A program made the translations under genes and the position numbers. Shown here piece by piece: positions 37,278 to 48,188 of a stretch of DNA of 64,000 bases (position 1 is its first letter; each line of letters begins with the position of its first letter). The notes beneath the pieces were generated by a model. It was not told where the DNA came from, did not search any database, and worked only from the letters and a program-made list of their open reading frames with translations. Origin of the DNA: Gammaproteobacteria bacterium. GTDB taxonomy: Bacteria > Pseudomonadota > Gammaproteobacteria > Ga0077536. The stretch spans positions 2,208,001 to 2,272,000 of the forward strand of contig CAXXLL010000002.1 in the NCBI GenBank assembly GCA_963662545.2, read 5' to 3'.

Positions 37278-38870
37278 CTAGCCCGGAATGTACTCCGGCA
37301 ACAGCGGGCTGATATCGCCCGCGAAGTCGCTCAGGACACGATCGAGTTCCTCGATGTCCTGCCCGGGATGCGAACTCACGATCAGCCGTACCAACGCACC
37401 ATCCGTTCGATTCTTCGTCAGGGCGTCCCAGAAAACGAACCATTTGACGAAATATTCATTCGTCACTATGCGTCCACGCTGCTGAAACCAGTAGTAGACA
37501 AGCTGTCGTGAATTGCCCTGAGAAATGAGGACTCGATTGACCTTCAAAGGGATACCGGCGATCGAGATGCCGTCGAGGTTTCGCGTCTCGAGCGACTCGA
37601 TTACCCAGCCGCCACCCGGCAAACAGGATCTGGGCGAATGTGCCGATTGGCCCTTTTTCTGCGAATCGTAGTAGGCCGAGTAAAAGTTCACCACCATCCC
37701 CGATTCGTTCGCGTAGTTCACTAGCGAATAATCGCTAAGCTTCAGCACGTTGAGGTAGATATCCTCCATCGTGATCGCGCGCCCGGTCCAGTCATCAACT
37801 TCGAGCGGTAAGGTCGCAAAGCGCTCGCGAGCCGGCGGCACCTCGGTTCGATTGGGGATCGAAAGGGCCGGATAAAGGGCAGCCACGGTCAACAAGGTGA
37901 CTGCGATCGCGGCCGCAGGGATACGTCGCGGGATCCAGGTCGCGCCCTCTTCCGGCGGCTGTGGCGGATCAATGCCGAACACCTGACGGAGCGGGCGCCG
38001 GTCGCGGCTCAGGCGCATCAGGAGCCACATTTCCAGGAATAAAATGCCGAAGCAGGCCATGAAGATCGCCCAGCCTTCGAAATCATGCAGGAAGCCTTCG
38101 GCCATCGACTGACCCCAGTACTCGACCATCACGCCGATGATGCCGATCCGAAAGCTATTCATCAGGATGGTAATGGGAATGGTGGAAACGAAGATCAGGA
38201 TCCGCTTCCACATTGCGGCATGATAGAAGTACGCCACGATCACGCCGAGTGTCATCAAGGGGAAGAGATAGCGCAGCCCGTCGCAGGCCTCAACCACCTG
38301 CAGCTTGTAGCTGCCTAGGTCAATGACGTTGCCCTCGAGAAAGACGCTGATACCGAAGAGCCGGATCACCAAGACGCCGATCTCGGAAGACAGCAATTGC
38401 AACTGCGATGACAGATTGTTGTAGATGAAATTCGGGAACGGCACCATGAAGAACAGCAGCAGCAGCGGCACTGCGAGAACGCGGAAGGCGGGGGTGCCGA
38501 CATAGGCCCAGGCGACGCCTGCGACAAAGAAGATGAAGCCATACTGAATGACGGTGTAGATGGTGCTGAGCTCGCCCAGGAGATACAGAAATAGCCCCGA
38601 GGCCGCGAGTACAACGCCCCACCACGAGCCGTCGAAGCGCAGTTCGCGCAGGAGGTCGCTGCGCTGCCAGATGAGGTAGGCGGTGATGATCGGAATGAGG
38701 AAGCCGTGGCTGTATTCCTCGCGGTTCGACCACCACTGGACCATCAGCTTCAGGCTGTCGTAATAGATGACGACGCCAATGGCGGCGATCGCGGCGAGAA
38801 GCAGCCAGTTGCGGCTGTCTGTTTTCCAGTAGTCGGTCGTAGGTATCGCGCTCCCGTCCATGCCCTTCAT
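37278..38870 (-). CDS. xrtD: Exosortase D (VPLPA-CTERM-specific) with fused EpsI domain
   Basis: EEYSHG, LQVVEACDGLRY (Cys), NSFRI (Arg) and HDFEGW (His) motifs, plus EpsI HSPRSCLPGGGW. A VPLPA-type substrate lies nearby. Confidence 0.88.
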   Translation of the reverse strand: MKGMDGSAIPTTDYWKTDSRNWLLLAAIAAIGVVIYYDSLKLMVQWWSNREEYSHGFLIPIITAYLIWQRSDLLRELRFDGSWWGVVLAASGLFLYLLGELSTIYTVIQYGFIFFVAGVAWAYVGTPAFRVLAVPLLLLFFMVPFPNFIYNNLSSQLQLLSSEIGVLVIRLFGISVFLEGNVIDLGSYKLQVVEACDGLRYLFPLMTLGVIVAYFYHAAMWKRILIFVSTIPITILMNSFRIGIIGVMVEYWGQSMAEGFLHDFEGWAIFMACFGILFLEMWLLMRLSRDRRPLRQVFGIDPPQPPEEGATWIPRRIPAAAIAVTLLTVAALYPALSIPNRTEVPPARERFATLPLEVDDWTGRAITMEDIYLNVLKLSDYSLVNYANESGMVVNFYSAYYDSQKKGQSAHSPRSCLPGGGWVIESLETRNLDGISIAGIPLKVNRVLISQGNSRQLVYYWFQQRGRIVTNEYFVKWFVFWDALTKNRTDGALVRLIVSSHPGQDIEELDRVLSDFAGDISPLLPEYIPG

Positions 38871-38874
38871 TGTT

Positions 38875-39085
38875 TCACGTCGGCGCTGCGGCGACATCTT
38901 TTAGGACGTCAACGTAGTATCCGGCAAGCGCGTTCCGATCGAAATGGGCACGCATATGGTGGTGTACACGATTGCGCATCTCCTCTCTCAGGTTGGGAGT
39001 ATCGGACAACCGGCGAATAGCATCAGCCAGTTGGTTCGCATTATCGGGCGCGACAGCAATCCCGCCGCCGGCAGCTCCGGAGATC
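38875..39085 (-). pseudogene. C-terminal remnant of a second GT4 glycosyltransferase
   Basis: GGGIAVAPDNANQLADAIRRLSDTPNLREEMRNR...HFDRNALAGYY resembles a GT4 C-terminus and lies after the stop of the upstream GT. Confidence 0.6.
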
Positions 39086-39114
39086 ACACCGAACCCCAAC
39101 CTGCGCATCGTGCT

Positions 39115-40284
39115 TTAGGCACAGACGAAATCGGCAATGCGCCGAGGGCCGTCGGTTGGCATGATGTACTGTTCGTTGCGCGGCTGCATGGAAAGCTCCT
39201 CCAATCGGCTCAGGATCTCATCGGGCCCAGCGTCGGAATCGACACAGGCGCCGAGCCCCAGTTTCTCGATCTCGATCGCCGTGTCGGCATCACGTGGGCC
39301 CACGAACAGCGTCGGGATACCCGTCGCCGCGATGCCGTAAAGTTTGCTGGGCACGATGATCCCCTCCCAACCGCGCTTCATTGTCACGACGTGAACCGTT
39401 GCCGCGTTCAGCAGATCCGCCGTTAATTCCGGCGGCTGATAGTCCAGGATCCTCACGTTGGCCATGCCCTGTGCAGCTGCCTCCAGAGCCAACCGTTCCG
39501 CACCGCGGGCGACGAATACTAACAACCACTCGTCATCACCACGCGCCATCAGGGTTGTCGCAGCATCTAACAAATTTTGGAACGAGTGCGCCTCCCCGAG
39601 GTTCCCCGCATAGAGCGCAATCTTCTTCTCCGCCCAGCCGAACTTGGCGAGGAACCGATTATTCTTCCGTTCGACCTTCGGCAGCGCCCGGTGATCCCAA
39701 GGTGGCACGACGACGCACCCGCTCGTGGAGCCATCAAAGCTACCGTACTTTGTCAACAACCGCCGCTGGGTCGGCCCGAGGGCGATTACGCCTGTCGTCC
39801 GTCGCAACCCCTCATTGTTCATTCCGCGTAGGATTCGGGCGGCGAGGCCATCTGCCCTGATCATCCCCTTGGCAATCATCGCCTCGGGGTAGAGGTCCAT
39901 CGTCCACCAGAAAAGCTTCTGGGAGCTGCGATGCAACCGCCGGCAGAATCTTGCTGCGTAAAGCATGAACGGCGGATCGGTCAGCACGACACATCGATCC
40001 CACCGGGAAAACGGAATCGCTAGTATTGCTCGTAGCCAGAATACGCCCCACTGCACGAACCGCGAGGAGCCGGATCCGGTCCAGACCGCCTTGATCTGGA
40101 CCTGGTCGAAGCCGCCCGCCTCGGCTTCGATGCCGCCGTAGCTTTGCTGTTGGGAAGTTAGGACCTGGACCGAATGTCCGGCGTCAATAAGGCAGCGGGC
40201 GACATCTTCCAGCATCCGCCCGGTGGGCGTCTGCTTGCCGCCGTAGAACCGGTTGACCAACAGGATGCGCTTGGGGTCGCTCAG
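39115..40284 (-). CDS. Glycosyltransferase family 4 (WcaI/WbuB-like)
   Basis: [28 protein letters not shown] and VPSKLYG motifs. The frame extends to a CTG overlapping the upstream TGA. Confidence 0.88.
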   Translation of the reverse strand: MSDPKRILLVNRFYGGKQTPTGRMLEDVARCLIDAGHSVQVLTSQQQSYGGIEAEAGGFDQVQIKAVWTGSGSSRFVQWGVFWLRAILAIPFSRWDRCVVLTDPPFMLYAARFCRRLHRSSQKLFWWTMDLYPEAMIAKGMIRADGLAARILRGMNNEGLRRTTGVIALGPTQRRLLTKYGSFDGSTSGCVVVPPWDHRALPKVERKNNRFLAKFGWAEKKIALYAGNLGEAHSFQNLLDAATTLMARGDDEWLLVFVARGAERLALEAAAQGMANVRILDYQPPELTADLLNAATVHVVTMKRGWEGIIVPSKLYGIAATGIPTLFVGPRDADTAIEIEKLGLGACVDSDAGPDEILSRLEELSMQPRNEQYIMPTDGPRRIADFVCA

Positions 40285-41333
40285 ACCTTCAACCTCGAAT
40301 ACCAGCTTTCGACAATCTGGTCGAACGTCTCATCCAGGCTGACCGAGATGTCCCAAGAAGGACAGTGCTCGCGCATGCGGCTGAGATCGCTGTAGTAACA
40401 GATGTGGTCGCCATCGCGGTTCTTGTCGGAGTACTCGCTGACCATTGGCTTGCCTGTACGCTCGGCGACCGCGTCGAAGGCCTCCAGGATGGAGCAGCTA
40501 TTGGCCTTGCCGCCGCCAATGTTGTAGATCTCAGCCACACGGGGCGACTCGATGAAAGCATGGATGAAGCGCGCCACGTCCAGGCTGTGGATGTTGTCCC
40601 GCACCTGCTTACCTTTGTATCCGTAAATGGTGTACTTCTTGCCCTCGACGTTGCACTTCACGAGGTAGCTTAGAAAACCGTGTAGCTCGACGCCCGAGTG
40701 GTTGGGACCGGTCAGACAACCGCCGCGCAGGCAACAGCTTTTGATGTCGAAGTAGCGCCCGTACTCTTGCACCAGCACGTCCGCCGCTACCTTGCTGGCC
40801 CCAAAGAGCGAGTGCTTAGAAGCGTCGATCGACATCGTCTCGGGAATGCCTTCGGCGTAGGTCGCGTCGTCGTAGTCCCAGCGTGTGTCCAGCTCCTTCA
40901 TCTTAATGAAATTCGGGCGGTCGCCGTAGACTTTGTTCGTCGACATGTGAACGAAAACGACATCCGGACAATGGCGGCGCGACGCCTCCAGCAGGTTGAG
41001 GGTGCCGACGGCGTTAGTGTCGAAATCGTCGAAAGGAATCTGCGCGACGAGGTCGTGGCTGGGTTGCGCAGCGGCGTGCACGACAACTTCCGCTTTCAGC
41101 GCCTCGAACAGGTCGAGAACACCCTGTCGGTTGCGGATGTCGAGTTCATGGTGCTCGAAATCGGGAAGCTCGCGCGTGAGCAGCTTTTCGGTCCAACGGG
41201 TGTCGCCAGAAGGTCCGAAGTAGGTCGCCCGCTGGTTGTTGTCCACACCGTGCAGTGTATGGCCCAGCTTGCCGAAGTAGCGGCACACTTCCGAGCCAAT
41301 TAAACCACTGGAGCCGGTTACGATGATCTTCAT
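40281..41333 (-). CDS. NAD-dependent nucleotide-sugar epimerase/dehydratase (CDP-paratose 2-epimerase-like)
   Basis: [25 protein letters not shown] and GKQVRDNIH motifs. Confidence 0.9.
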   Translation of the reverse strand: MKIIVTGSSGLIGSEVCRYFGKLGHTLHGVDNNQRATYFGPSGDTRWTEKLLTRELPDFEHHELDIRNRQGVLDLFEALKAEVVVHAAAQPSHDLVAQIPFDDFDTNAVGTLNLLEASRRHCPDVVFVHMSTNKVYGDRPNFIKMKELDTRWDYDDATYAEGIPETMSIDASKHSLFGASKVAADVLVQEYGRYFDIKSCCLRGGCLTGPNHSGVELHGFLSYLVKCNVEGKKYTIYGYKGKQVRDNIHSLDVARFIHAFIESPRVAEIYNIGGGKANSCSILEAFDAVAERTGKPMVSEYSDKNRDGDHICYYSDLSRMREHCPSWDISVSLDETFDQIVESWYSRLKV

Positions 41334-41514
41334 GCGTAGAAATCCATTGGAATCGATCCGGATTGTGGCCGGCACCGCCAGAACGGTATGGAGTTTGGCG
41401 GCTTAATTCAACCCTGGCTGGGGTGGCCACGTCGATGCGCGGAATTCGTTGATGAGGCCGGTTCGTGAATACCGGCAGTCCTCGTATTTTGCTGCGACCA
41501 GATACGGGCATTGG

Positions 41515-42657
41515 CTAATCAGTCAGTTGATGCATGATATCCACCAAGCGTCCGTATCTTTGCTCGGCGGACGGTAAGCTCTGCTGTCGACGGTCCCCCC
41601 GTCGAGTGAGACGAGTTCGCAGTTCAACATTTTTGGCAACCTCGCTCACTTTTTCCGCCGCATCCCGCGCATCGAGAGGAGAAAAATAAACCGCTGCGTC
41701 TCCACAAATCGCTCTTGCAAACGGCAGGTCTGATGCGACGATTGGTAGGCCCATTACCATAGCTTCGGGATAGGTCGCTGAAAAGGTCTCGAGCAAGGAC
41801 GGATGGAACAAGACGTCACATGAACGATATAGAGCAGGACCATCCATGATTTTGACCGGCCCGATGTTTCGCACATATTCAGAAACGCCGAGAGATTCTG
41901 CTTTCGCTTGGAGTCGTATTGCAGCCTCTGATTCCTTCTCAATCGTAATAATGAATTCAAAATGTAGTGTCGGCGCAATTTCGCGCACTGCAGCAGCTAC
42001 GTCTGGAATAATCTCGAGGTGTTTGTGGCGGTAATATGACGCAAAGCTTAATACGCGGACTTCAATATTGTCCTCGAGATAAAAGGGGCCGTGTCGCGCA
42101 TTGACATAGTGCAAGGCGCAGTTATTTGGGACAACATCGATGTTCTTGCGTGGTATTCGCAGCCGTCGATGAAGACCCGAGCGCGCACTTTCTTCTTCCA
42201 CGTACCACCGATCCGCGAAGCGGTACCAATAACCCTTATAAATACACATTAACGCCATCGTCAATCGTCGCAAAGGACCGCGCATTAAATGGAAGGATGC
42301 GAACGACGAATGCGTTACCCACCCGTCGGCAACACCACAGAGGTGGGGAGCGGAGAACTTCACATAAGCCGGGCCGAAAAAGGTAAATACTGCGGACGGT
42401 GATAAATCCGCTTCAAGCTCCAACAGTGTTCGACGTGCCTCGCGGCTTCTTGCCGGCGACGAGTCCATCACGTACACGCAAAGTTGGTCGGTGAGAAAGG
42501 ACCCAACGTCCATTTGCTCCTTAATTTGTTTCGATACAATGCAACTCCATTCATCCGCCTGGCCGGAAGTCACAAGGTAACGAATGAACGAGATGACGGC
42601 CTGCAGGCCTCCGCCGAATTTGATCGTGCTCGCGTTCAGGAGGTAGGCACGGTTCAT
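41515..42657 (-). CDS. Glycosyltransferase family 4
   Basis: HPSLLETFSATYPEAMVMGLPIVASD motif. Confidence 0.9.
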   Translation of the reverse strand: MNRAYLLNASTIKFGGGLQAVISFIRYLVTSGQADEWSCIVSKQIKEQMDVGSFLTDQLCVYVMDSSPARSREARRTLLELEADLSPSAVFTFFGPAYVKFSAPHLCGVADGWVTHSSFASFHLMRGPLRRLTMALMCIYKGYWYRFADRWYVEEESARSGLHRRLRIPRKNIDVVPNNCALHYVNARHGPFYLEDNIEVRVLSFASYYRHKHLEIIPDVAAAVREIAPTLHFEFIITIEKESEAAIRLQAKAESLGVSEYVRNIGPVKIMDGPALYRSCDVLFHPSLLETFSATYPEAMVMGLPIVASDLPFARAICGDAAVYFSPLDARDAAEKVSEVAKNVELRTRLTRRGDRRQQSLPSAEQRYGRLVDIMHQLTD

Positions 42658-42748
42658 GGTCCGGTCTGTGCCATACCTTCCGTCTTATGATGTAGCGCAA
42701 TGGCGTGGACACAGCCGGCGGTTGCCTGCCATTGTGATTCTTGCTCGA

Positions 42749-43642
42749 TCAACCACACTCGTCGACCCAACCCGCCCCCCCTACGTAGCCCAACCGGCGT
42801 AGTTCCTGCCCCGCGATTTCGTCGAATAAACAAGCCGCGGCTCGATCGAACTTATCTTTCCAATCGCTCGGTTTGCCCTTCCGCAGAAAACTCTTCCGGT
42901 TTTCTACGCCCGGGGCACGCTTCGCCTGGTTATGAAATGAATACTTCTCTGCGATGTTGGAAACTCGGCCAATGTCCACAGGTTCCCCAGTATGTGCAAG
43001 AACGATACGCTCCAGTTCCGAGACTGAACTGGCAACCATGCTCTCGTATTTCGTAAAAACCACGTCGCGATCAAACCAACTTCGCACGAACTTTGCCCAC
43101 GTAAAATGATACGGGCTGAACGAGCGTTCCTCGGAAGCAGTCACATACTCGATGAAACTGCGCATGTTGGCACGAACATCTTCATAATCACGAAATCCCA
43201 AACGTCGGCGCATTTTGGCCACTAGAGTGGGGGAGTTCTTGTCATTTTCGAAAAGCATATGAAAATAGAGAGAAGCCATGGCGTCGCGTCCATCGCGGAA
43301 AACGACTGTCACGTTCCGCATCAATGGCGAGTACAGCATATGACCATGCATGACGCATGACCGGAACCCAGGGTGGCGATTTCGTGGAAATGGAATGTCG
43401 AGATATTCGGCTATCATCTGCGATATCCAGGTGCCACCGGATTTCGGATACTCAGATACGATATACAGTGGGAGAATACCTGACACGGTATTCGTCATGA
43501 GCAATCGCTGCAATGCGTCGAATTTAATGAGGAACTGATTTCGAGTATCCATTTGGCATACCGATATAGCGGCGATTTCCCGGCTCGACCTGCCGAAGAT
43601 CGAACCTAACGGCTTGGAGAGAAGCCTCGTCGCATGATACAC
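42749..43642 (-). CDS. PAPS-dependent sulfotransferase
   Basis: EYPKSGGTW, RDGRDAMAS and FLRKGKPSDW motifs. The start is uncertain. Confidence 0.88.
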   Translation of the reverse strand: MYHATRLLSKPLGSIFGRSSREIAAISVCQMDTRNQFLIKFDALQRLLMTNTVSGILPLYIVSEYPKSGGTWISQMIAEYLDIPFPRNRHPGFRSCVMHGHMLYSPLMRNVTVVFRDGRDAMASLYFHMLFENDKNSPTLVAKMRRRLGFRDYEDVRANMRSFIEYVTASEERSFSPYHFTWAKFVRSWFDRDVVFTKYESMVASSVSELERIVLAHTGEPVDIGRVSNIAEKYSFHNQAKRAPGVENRKSFLRKGKPSDWKDKFDRAAACLFDEIAGQELRRLGYVGGAGWVDECG

Positions 43643-43721
43643 AGCCGTGACCCCGCACTGTGGCCTCTATCTCGAAGGGTTCGACCTGTTTCGAACTCGA
43701 GCGTCGAGGACCGCGACCTTC

Positions 43722-45482
43722 CTATACGTCAGGTTGCCGTCTCATGATCAAGTAATCGCTAATTACGAGAATGTCCATTTTCGTGCGAATGAAGCAATCA
43801 AGCGCCTCCGAAGGATGGCATACGATCGGTTCATTTTCGTTAAACGATGTATTGAGGAGGATCGGAACCTGCGTCAACTGATGGAAAGCTTGTATCAACT
43901 GATAATACCTTCGATTGTGCTCGCGAATGACGGTCTGCAGCCGGCCTGACCCATCGACATGAGTCACTGCGGGAATTAACGATCGCTTATCTTCTCGGAT
44001 TTGAAACACTTTCATCATGAACGGGACATCGTCGTCCTCTTCAAACCATTCATTCACGTGCTCGCGCAATATAGAGGGTGCGAATGGTCGAAACGACTCT
44101 CTCCTCTTAATCTTTGAATTCAAAATGTCTTTCATATCCGAGCGACGCGGGTCACAGAGAATAGAGCGATTTCCCAGAGCCCGGGGACCCCATTCCATTT
44201 TTCCCTGAAACCACCCAATAACCAGACCTGCTGCAATATATTCCGCTGTTCGTGCAGCCAAAGTCGGAAAATCCTCTAACAGCTCAATGGTGCAATTTCT
44301 TTCGAATTGTTCACTCGCTTGGCCGATCACAGATTTGATGTCCGAGTTGGAATAGCTTGGCCCAAGGTAGGCGTGCATCATTCTGTCCGCAGGTACGCGA
44401 CCATTAACACCGCGCCACGCCTCGTACGCGGCCCCGATGGCGCCACCTGCATCGCCGGCGGCAGATTGAACATAACTGCGCTCGAACAAGGAATTGCGTT
44501 TGATCTTGCCGTTTGCGACGGAGTTCATGCCGCAGCCGCCGGCAATAGCGATTGAGTCGAGCCCGTATGTCTCGCGCAATCTCGCCAGTAAATTGAAATA
44601 CACTTCCTCGTACCTGGCTTGGACCGAATGGGCAATGCTCTTATGGCGTTCTTCCAGTGGTTCGTTACTCCGCCGCGCCGGCCCTAAAAGTTCCATGAGC
44701 TGCGGTGAAAACATTGTGCCAACCGATGGAACCCCTCCGCTCCAGGCATAATCTATCTTTTCCCTGTGATGTCTGAAATATTGGAGATCTAGTTCGAAAC
44801 TTCCATCGGGATGACTGCGGACGATCTCGCGCATCTCCTCCATGTAAATTGGCTTCCCGTATGGCGCAAGTCCCATCACCTTGTATTCGTCACCATAATT
44901 TGGAAACCCGAGAAATTGTGTCAATGCCTGGTAGAAAACACCGAGCGAATGAGGGAAAAACACTCGCCCTTCAATTTTAATTCGGCCGTCCGCGCCGACA
45001 CCCCACGCTGCGCTCGAAAAATCACCGAAGCCATCGACAGATACTACGACGGCCTTTTCGAATGAGCTCCCATAAAAGGCCGAAGCCAAATGACACAGAT
45101 GATGTTCAACGGCAACAATCTCCGCATTCAATCTTCTTCCGGGAAAGTGGCTCTCGAATTCAGTTTTGATCGAGTGGCGCTTTTTTCTATTTCTAATCCG
45201 ATCAATGATCAACGAAAGAGGGGCTTGACCGGATAAGGCATAACGAAGTTTCTTAGTGAAGTGCGATCGCGAATTACTGTTAACGGCTATGTGGGTGATA
45301 TCTCCTACATCGATTCCACCTTCTTCAAGGCAGGAGGCTATCGCCTGCTGCGGGAACCCGGCCCAATGTTTCAGGCGGCGAAAGCGCTCCTCTTCTGCGG
45401 CTGCGACCAAAATCCCATCGACGACGAGGCAAGCAGACGAATCACCATGGTACGCATTGAGCCCGATTATGACGTTATTCAA
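43722..45482 (-). CDS. O-carbamoyltransferase (NodU/CmcH family)
   Basis: HGDSSA, EEERF, EHHLCH, EYKVMGLAPYG, GPRALGNRS and LNTSFN motifs. Confidence 0.94.
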   Translation of the reverse strand: MNNVIIGLNAYHGDSSACLVVDGILVAAAEEERFRRLKHWAGFPQQAIASCLEEGGIDVGDITHIAVNSNSRSHFTKKLRYALSGQAPLSLIIDRIRNRKKRHSIKTEFESHFPGRRLNAEIVAVEHHLCHLASAFYGSSFEKAVVVSVDGFGDFSSAAWGVGADGRIKIEGRVFFPHSLGVFYQALTQFLGFPNYGDEYKVMGLAPYGKPIYMEEMREIVRSHPDGSFELDLQYFRHHREKIDYAWSGGVPSVGTMFSPQLMELLGPARRSNEPLEERHKSIAHSVQARYEEVYFNLLARLRETYGLDSIAIAGGCGMNSVANGKIKRNSLFERSYVQSAAGDAGGAIGAAYEAWRGVNGRVPADRMMHAYLGPSYSNSDIKSVIGQASEQFERNCTIELLEDFPTLAARTAEYIAAGLVIGWFQGKMEWGPRALGNRSILCDPRRSDMKDILNSKIKRRESFRPFAPSILREHVNEWFEEDDDVPFMMKVFQIREDKRSLIPAVTHVDGSGRLQTVIREHNRRYYQLIQAFHQLTQVPILLNTSFNENEPIVCHPSEALDCFIRTKMDILVISDYLIMRRQPDV

Positions 45483-45565
45483 TCAATTTCCCTTTGCCGC
45501 GCGATACTCAGCACGGCGTGATAGCACGGACGCAGCACTAGAGTTCGAAGTATCGCAGGCCTTCA

Positions 45566-46666
45566 TCAATGGGCACTCGCGCTCGGGCCGCCACCGAGCA
45601 CGCGCGCGTAAAATATCTTGTAAGCCATGGCCATTTCGTCCGGGCGCAAGAAGTTCATATCCTCCTGCATTACCTTAATGTCTCTCAGGCGCAATGGACG
45701 CGCAAGAATATCAGTAAGTATCGCGCCGAGTTCCGCCGGATCCGCCGGGTTGAAAAAACACGAACTATCTGCATTCGGGAACAGCGCCTGATGTGCCGGT
45801 ATATTCGACAATAGGACCGGGAGACCGAGATACACCGCCTCCATCACAGCGTTGGGCGCGCCCTCGTAAAGAGAAGGTGATATCAAGAGATCTGCGTCGC
45901 ACATCGTTGCTGCTATGTCGGGTTGATAACCGACCAGCTTTATGCGCCCATCCATTCCGGCTGAAGAAATGAGCGATTTCACGATTTCACTACCCTCGCC
46001 TTGTCCACATATCGTTAAAGTCCACCGCGGATCATCGGCCAGGTCTCGGAGCGCAGAAATTAGGCACAACAAATTTTTCTGTCCGGTGATACGACCGACG
46101 AACAGCAACCGAAGACGCCCATTATTATTAGACCGCACGGCACTGTTTCTTGCCGCGTCTGGTAGATCGAGCGCATTGCCGATAACCGCGCCGATCTTTC
46201 GCAAGAAAAGTCGGCGATACTGAATCGCGTTTTGGGACACTGAATTATTCGACACAACTCCGGCGCAGGTGATAATTGCGCTGAAATATTCGACCACCCG
46301 CCGCATGTCTCGAAACCACATTCGATTTCGGTATGACAAGATGCATGGTCGCCCTTCCAGCCAGGCCGCCCACATCGCCGGTATCGACATCGACGGTGGT
46401 AGCCACGCATGCACAATATCAGGATTGCGGTCGCGAATTAATTGCCGAACACTTTTCATAATCGCTACCGGCTTGCGGTCCGCCTCCGGAAACGACATAC
46501 ATGATTCCCCTAGTTGTGAGGCATAGCCGGCATCGTGAATGCAGAAAATTGACGACCTCACGGCCGCCGTGTGGAGCGCCTCGTGAAGAAGTCGTAGTTG
46601 GCGCTCGGCGCCCCCCCTTCCAAAGAATGGATGCAATGCAGGACATGCATAGAGTGATGGGATCAA
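45566..46666 (-). CDS. Glycosyltransferase family 4
   Basis: GGAERQ, FVGRITGQKN and PSLYEGAPNAVMEA motifs. Confidence 0.9.
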   Translation of the reverse strand: MIPSLYACPALHPFFGRGGAERQLRLLHEALHTAAVRSSIFCIHDAGYASQLGESCMSFPEADRKPVAIMKSVRQLIRDRNPDIVHAWLPPSMSIPAMWAAWLEGRPCILSYRNRMWFRDMRRVVEYFSAIITCAGVVSNNSVSQNAIQYRRLFLRKIGAVIGNALDLPDAARNSAVRSNNNGRLRLLFVGRITGQKNLLCLISALRDLADDPRWTLTICGQGEGSEIVKSLISSAGMDGRIKLVGYQPDIAATMCDADLLISPSLYEGAPNAVMEAVYLGLPVLLSNIPAHQALFPNADSSCFFNPADPAELGAILTDILARPLRLRDIKVMQEDMNFLRPDEMAMAYKIFYARVLGGGPSASAH

Positions 46667-46723
46667 TAGATTCGCTAGCTGTACAGCACATTAAATCATA
46701 CGGGCCGACGAACTACCGAACTC

Positions 46724-47584
46724 TCAACCGTGCCGTTGCGCGAACTCCGCACGCATCTTTTCATAAAGCGGCGTCAGCTTAGTGCGAATCACGTCCAGTT
46801 CCTGCTGAGTGAATTTGCTGATCGCGCCGCGATTGACGTCTTTCACGATCGCTATTTGACCAATCCTTACGTTCCGCAATGCGAAGCCAGGACGGTTTTC
46901 GCTGTCCTGCCTCTTCAGATTCACGGCACGTGGCTCGAGGCACGCCCATTGGGCGACCCTCTCGCAGACCTCATCCGTATTAGCGACGAGCGTTTCATAA
47001 CTAATCCCCGTCACCAAGTCTCTAAAGTCTGCTGATTCCGCCATAAAACGTTCATGAAGAATAATCCAGAAATCGCAGAGCTTTTCAAGCGGCGCATTGC
47101 GGAAGAGCGTCCATTTTCGTCGAAGACCCTCGATGTGACTCGCGGGTTCTCTGAACACGAGTACAAAGTGACCTTCGGGATAGGCCGCGTGCAACTGCCG
47201 GCTTCGCAGAAGATGTGCGTTAGGCGCCTTATCTATGACCACTCTACCCAGCTTCGGAAGCGGCGATTCCCTGCAGTACTGACGTGCAAGCGAACGTCGG
47301 AGCGTTGCTTGATCGATTTCCGCCGGTATCTGCAAGGCGTCGGTGAATTGCGCAAGCGATGCAAACTTAACGGTTGATTCCAAGAAAAACGGCGATCCAA
47401 AAGGTGCTCGCAGCGCACTCTCATCCGCGAATGCGCCAACTCGATACCTTTCATGCAGCAGCGCGGCTAAAAGCGTATTGCCACAACCGGCAATGCCACA
47501 GACAAATAACGGTTCGAAGTCGTCATCACCTAAATGCATCAGTCCCCGAATGGATTTAAGGGCTCCCGTTAGCGTAGGGCGCAT
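46724..47584 (-). CDS. Sulfotransferase-family protein
   Basis: PLFVCGIAGCGNTLL, IDKAP, FREP and ISYETLV motifs. The 5'-PSB loop is atypical (no Arg/Lys). Confidence 0.72.
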   Translation of the reverse strand: MRPTLTGALKSIRGLMHLGDDDFEPLFVCGIAGCGNTLLAALLHERYRVGAFADESALRAPFGSPFFLESTVKFASLAQFTDALQIPAEIDQATLRRSLARQYCRESPLPKLGRVVIDKAPNAHLLRSRQLHAAYPEGHFVLVFREPASHIEGLRRKWTLFRNAPLEKLCDFWIILHERFMAESADFRDLVTGISYETLVANTDEVCERVAQWACLEPRAVNLKRQDSENRPGFALRNVRIGQIAIVKDVNRGAISKFTQQELDVIRTKLTPLYEKMRAEFAQRHG

Positions 47585-47599
47585 GCAATGTCTCCGCCA

Positions 47600-48127
47600 C
47601 TAATCGCAAAAGCGCTTCTCAAGCAGCTCACGCTTCTCCCGTAGTGATTTGCTACGGATTCGAAATGCACGGGGTTCGATCTTTTTACGATACGCGTCTA
47701 TGGATCCGAGCACACGAGCCGGCGAACCTGCAGCCACAGAATTGGCAGGTATGTCACGTGTGACCACGGATCCGGCTCCAATAACGACATTGTCACCGAC
47801 ACTCACCCCAGGCAAAAGAATAGTCCCGAAACCGACGAAAACATTGTTCCCAATGGTAATCGGTCCGATTATGTCGAGTTCGGGATCCTCGGACCTAAAT
47901 ACCCACACGCCCCCATCGTGGGTAACGAATTGTACGCGCGCCGTTATGGTTACGTGGTTCCCGATCGAGACCAGGTACGGTTCACGTCCGAAGGTACCGC
48001 CATGAATACCAATGAGCCGCGCGTTCTCTCCTACACGGACGCCGATCGAACGAGCGAATTTGACAGGATCAGACTTAATCGCCCATAGATTTAGAAATGC
48101 TCTGTATGCTTTCGCGACGACGCTCAT
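47600..48127 (-). CDS. Hexapeptide-repeat O-acyltransferase
   Basis: EPYLVSIGNHVTI, FVTHDGG and IGAGSVVTRDIP..AAGSPAR motifs. Confidence 0.92.
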   Translation of the reverse strand: MSVVAKAYRAFLNLWAIKSDPVKFARSIGVRVGENARLIGIHGGTFGREPYLVSIGNHVTITARVQFVTHDGGVWVFRSEDPELDIIGPITIGNNVFVGFGTILLPGVSVGDNVVIGAGSVVTRDIPANSVAAGSPARVLGSIDAYRKKIEPRAFRIRSKSLREKRELLEKRFCD

Positions 48128-48188
48128 AGTAAAAGCTATTTAGGCCATTTCACGTTCGATCAACGATTACTCACTGAAATTCTAGCTA

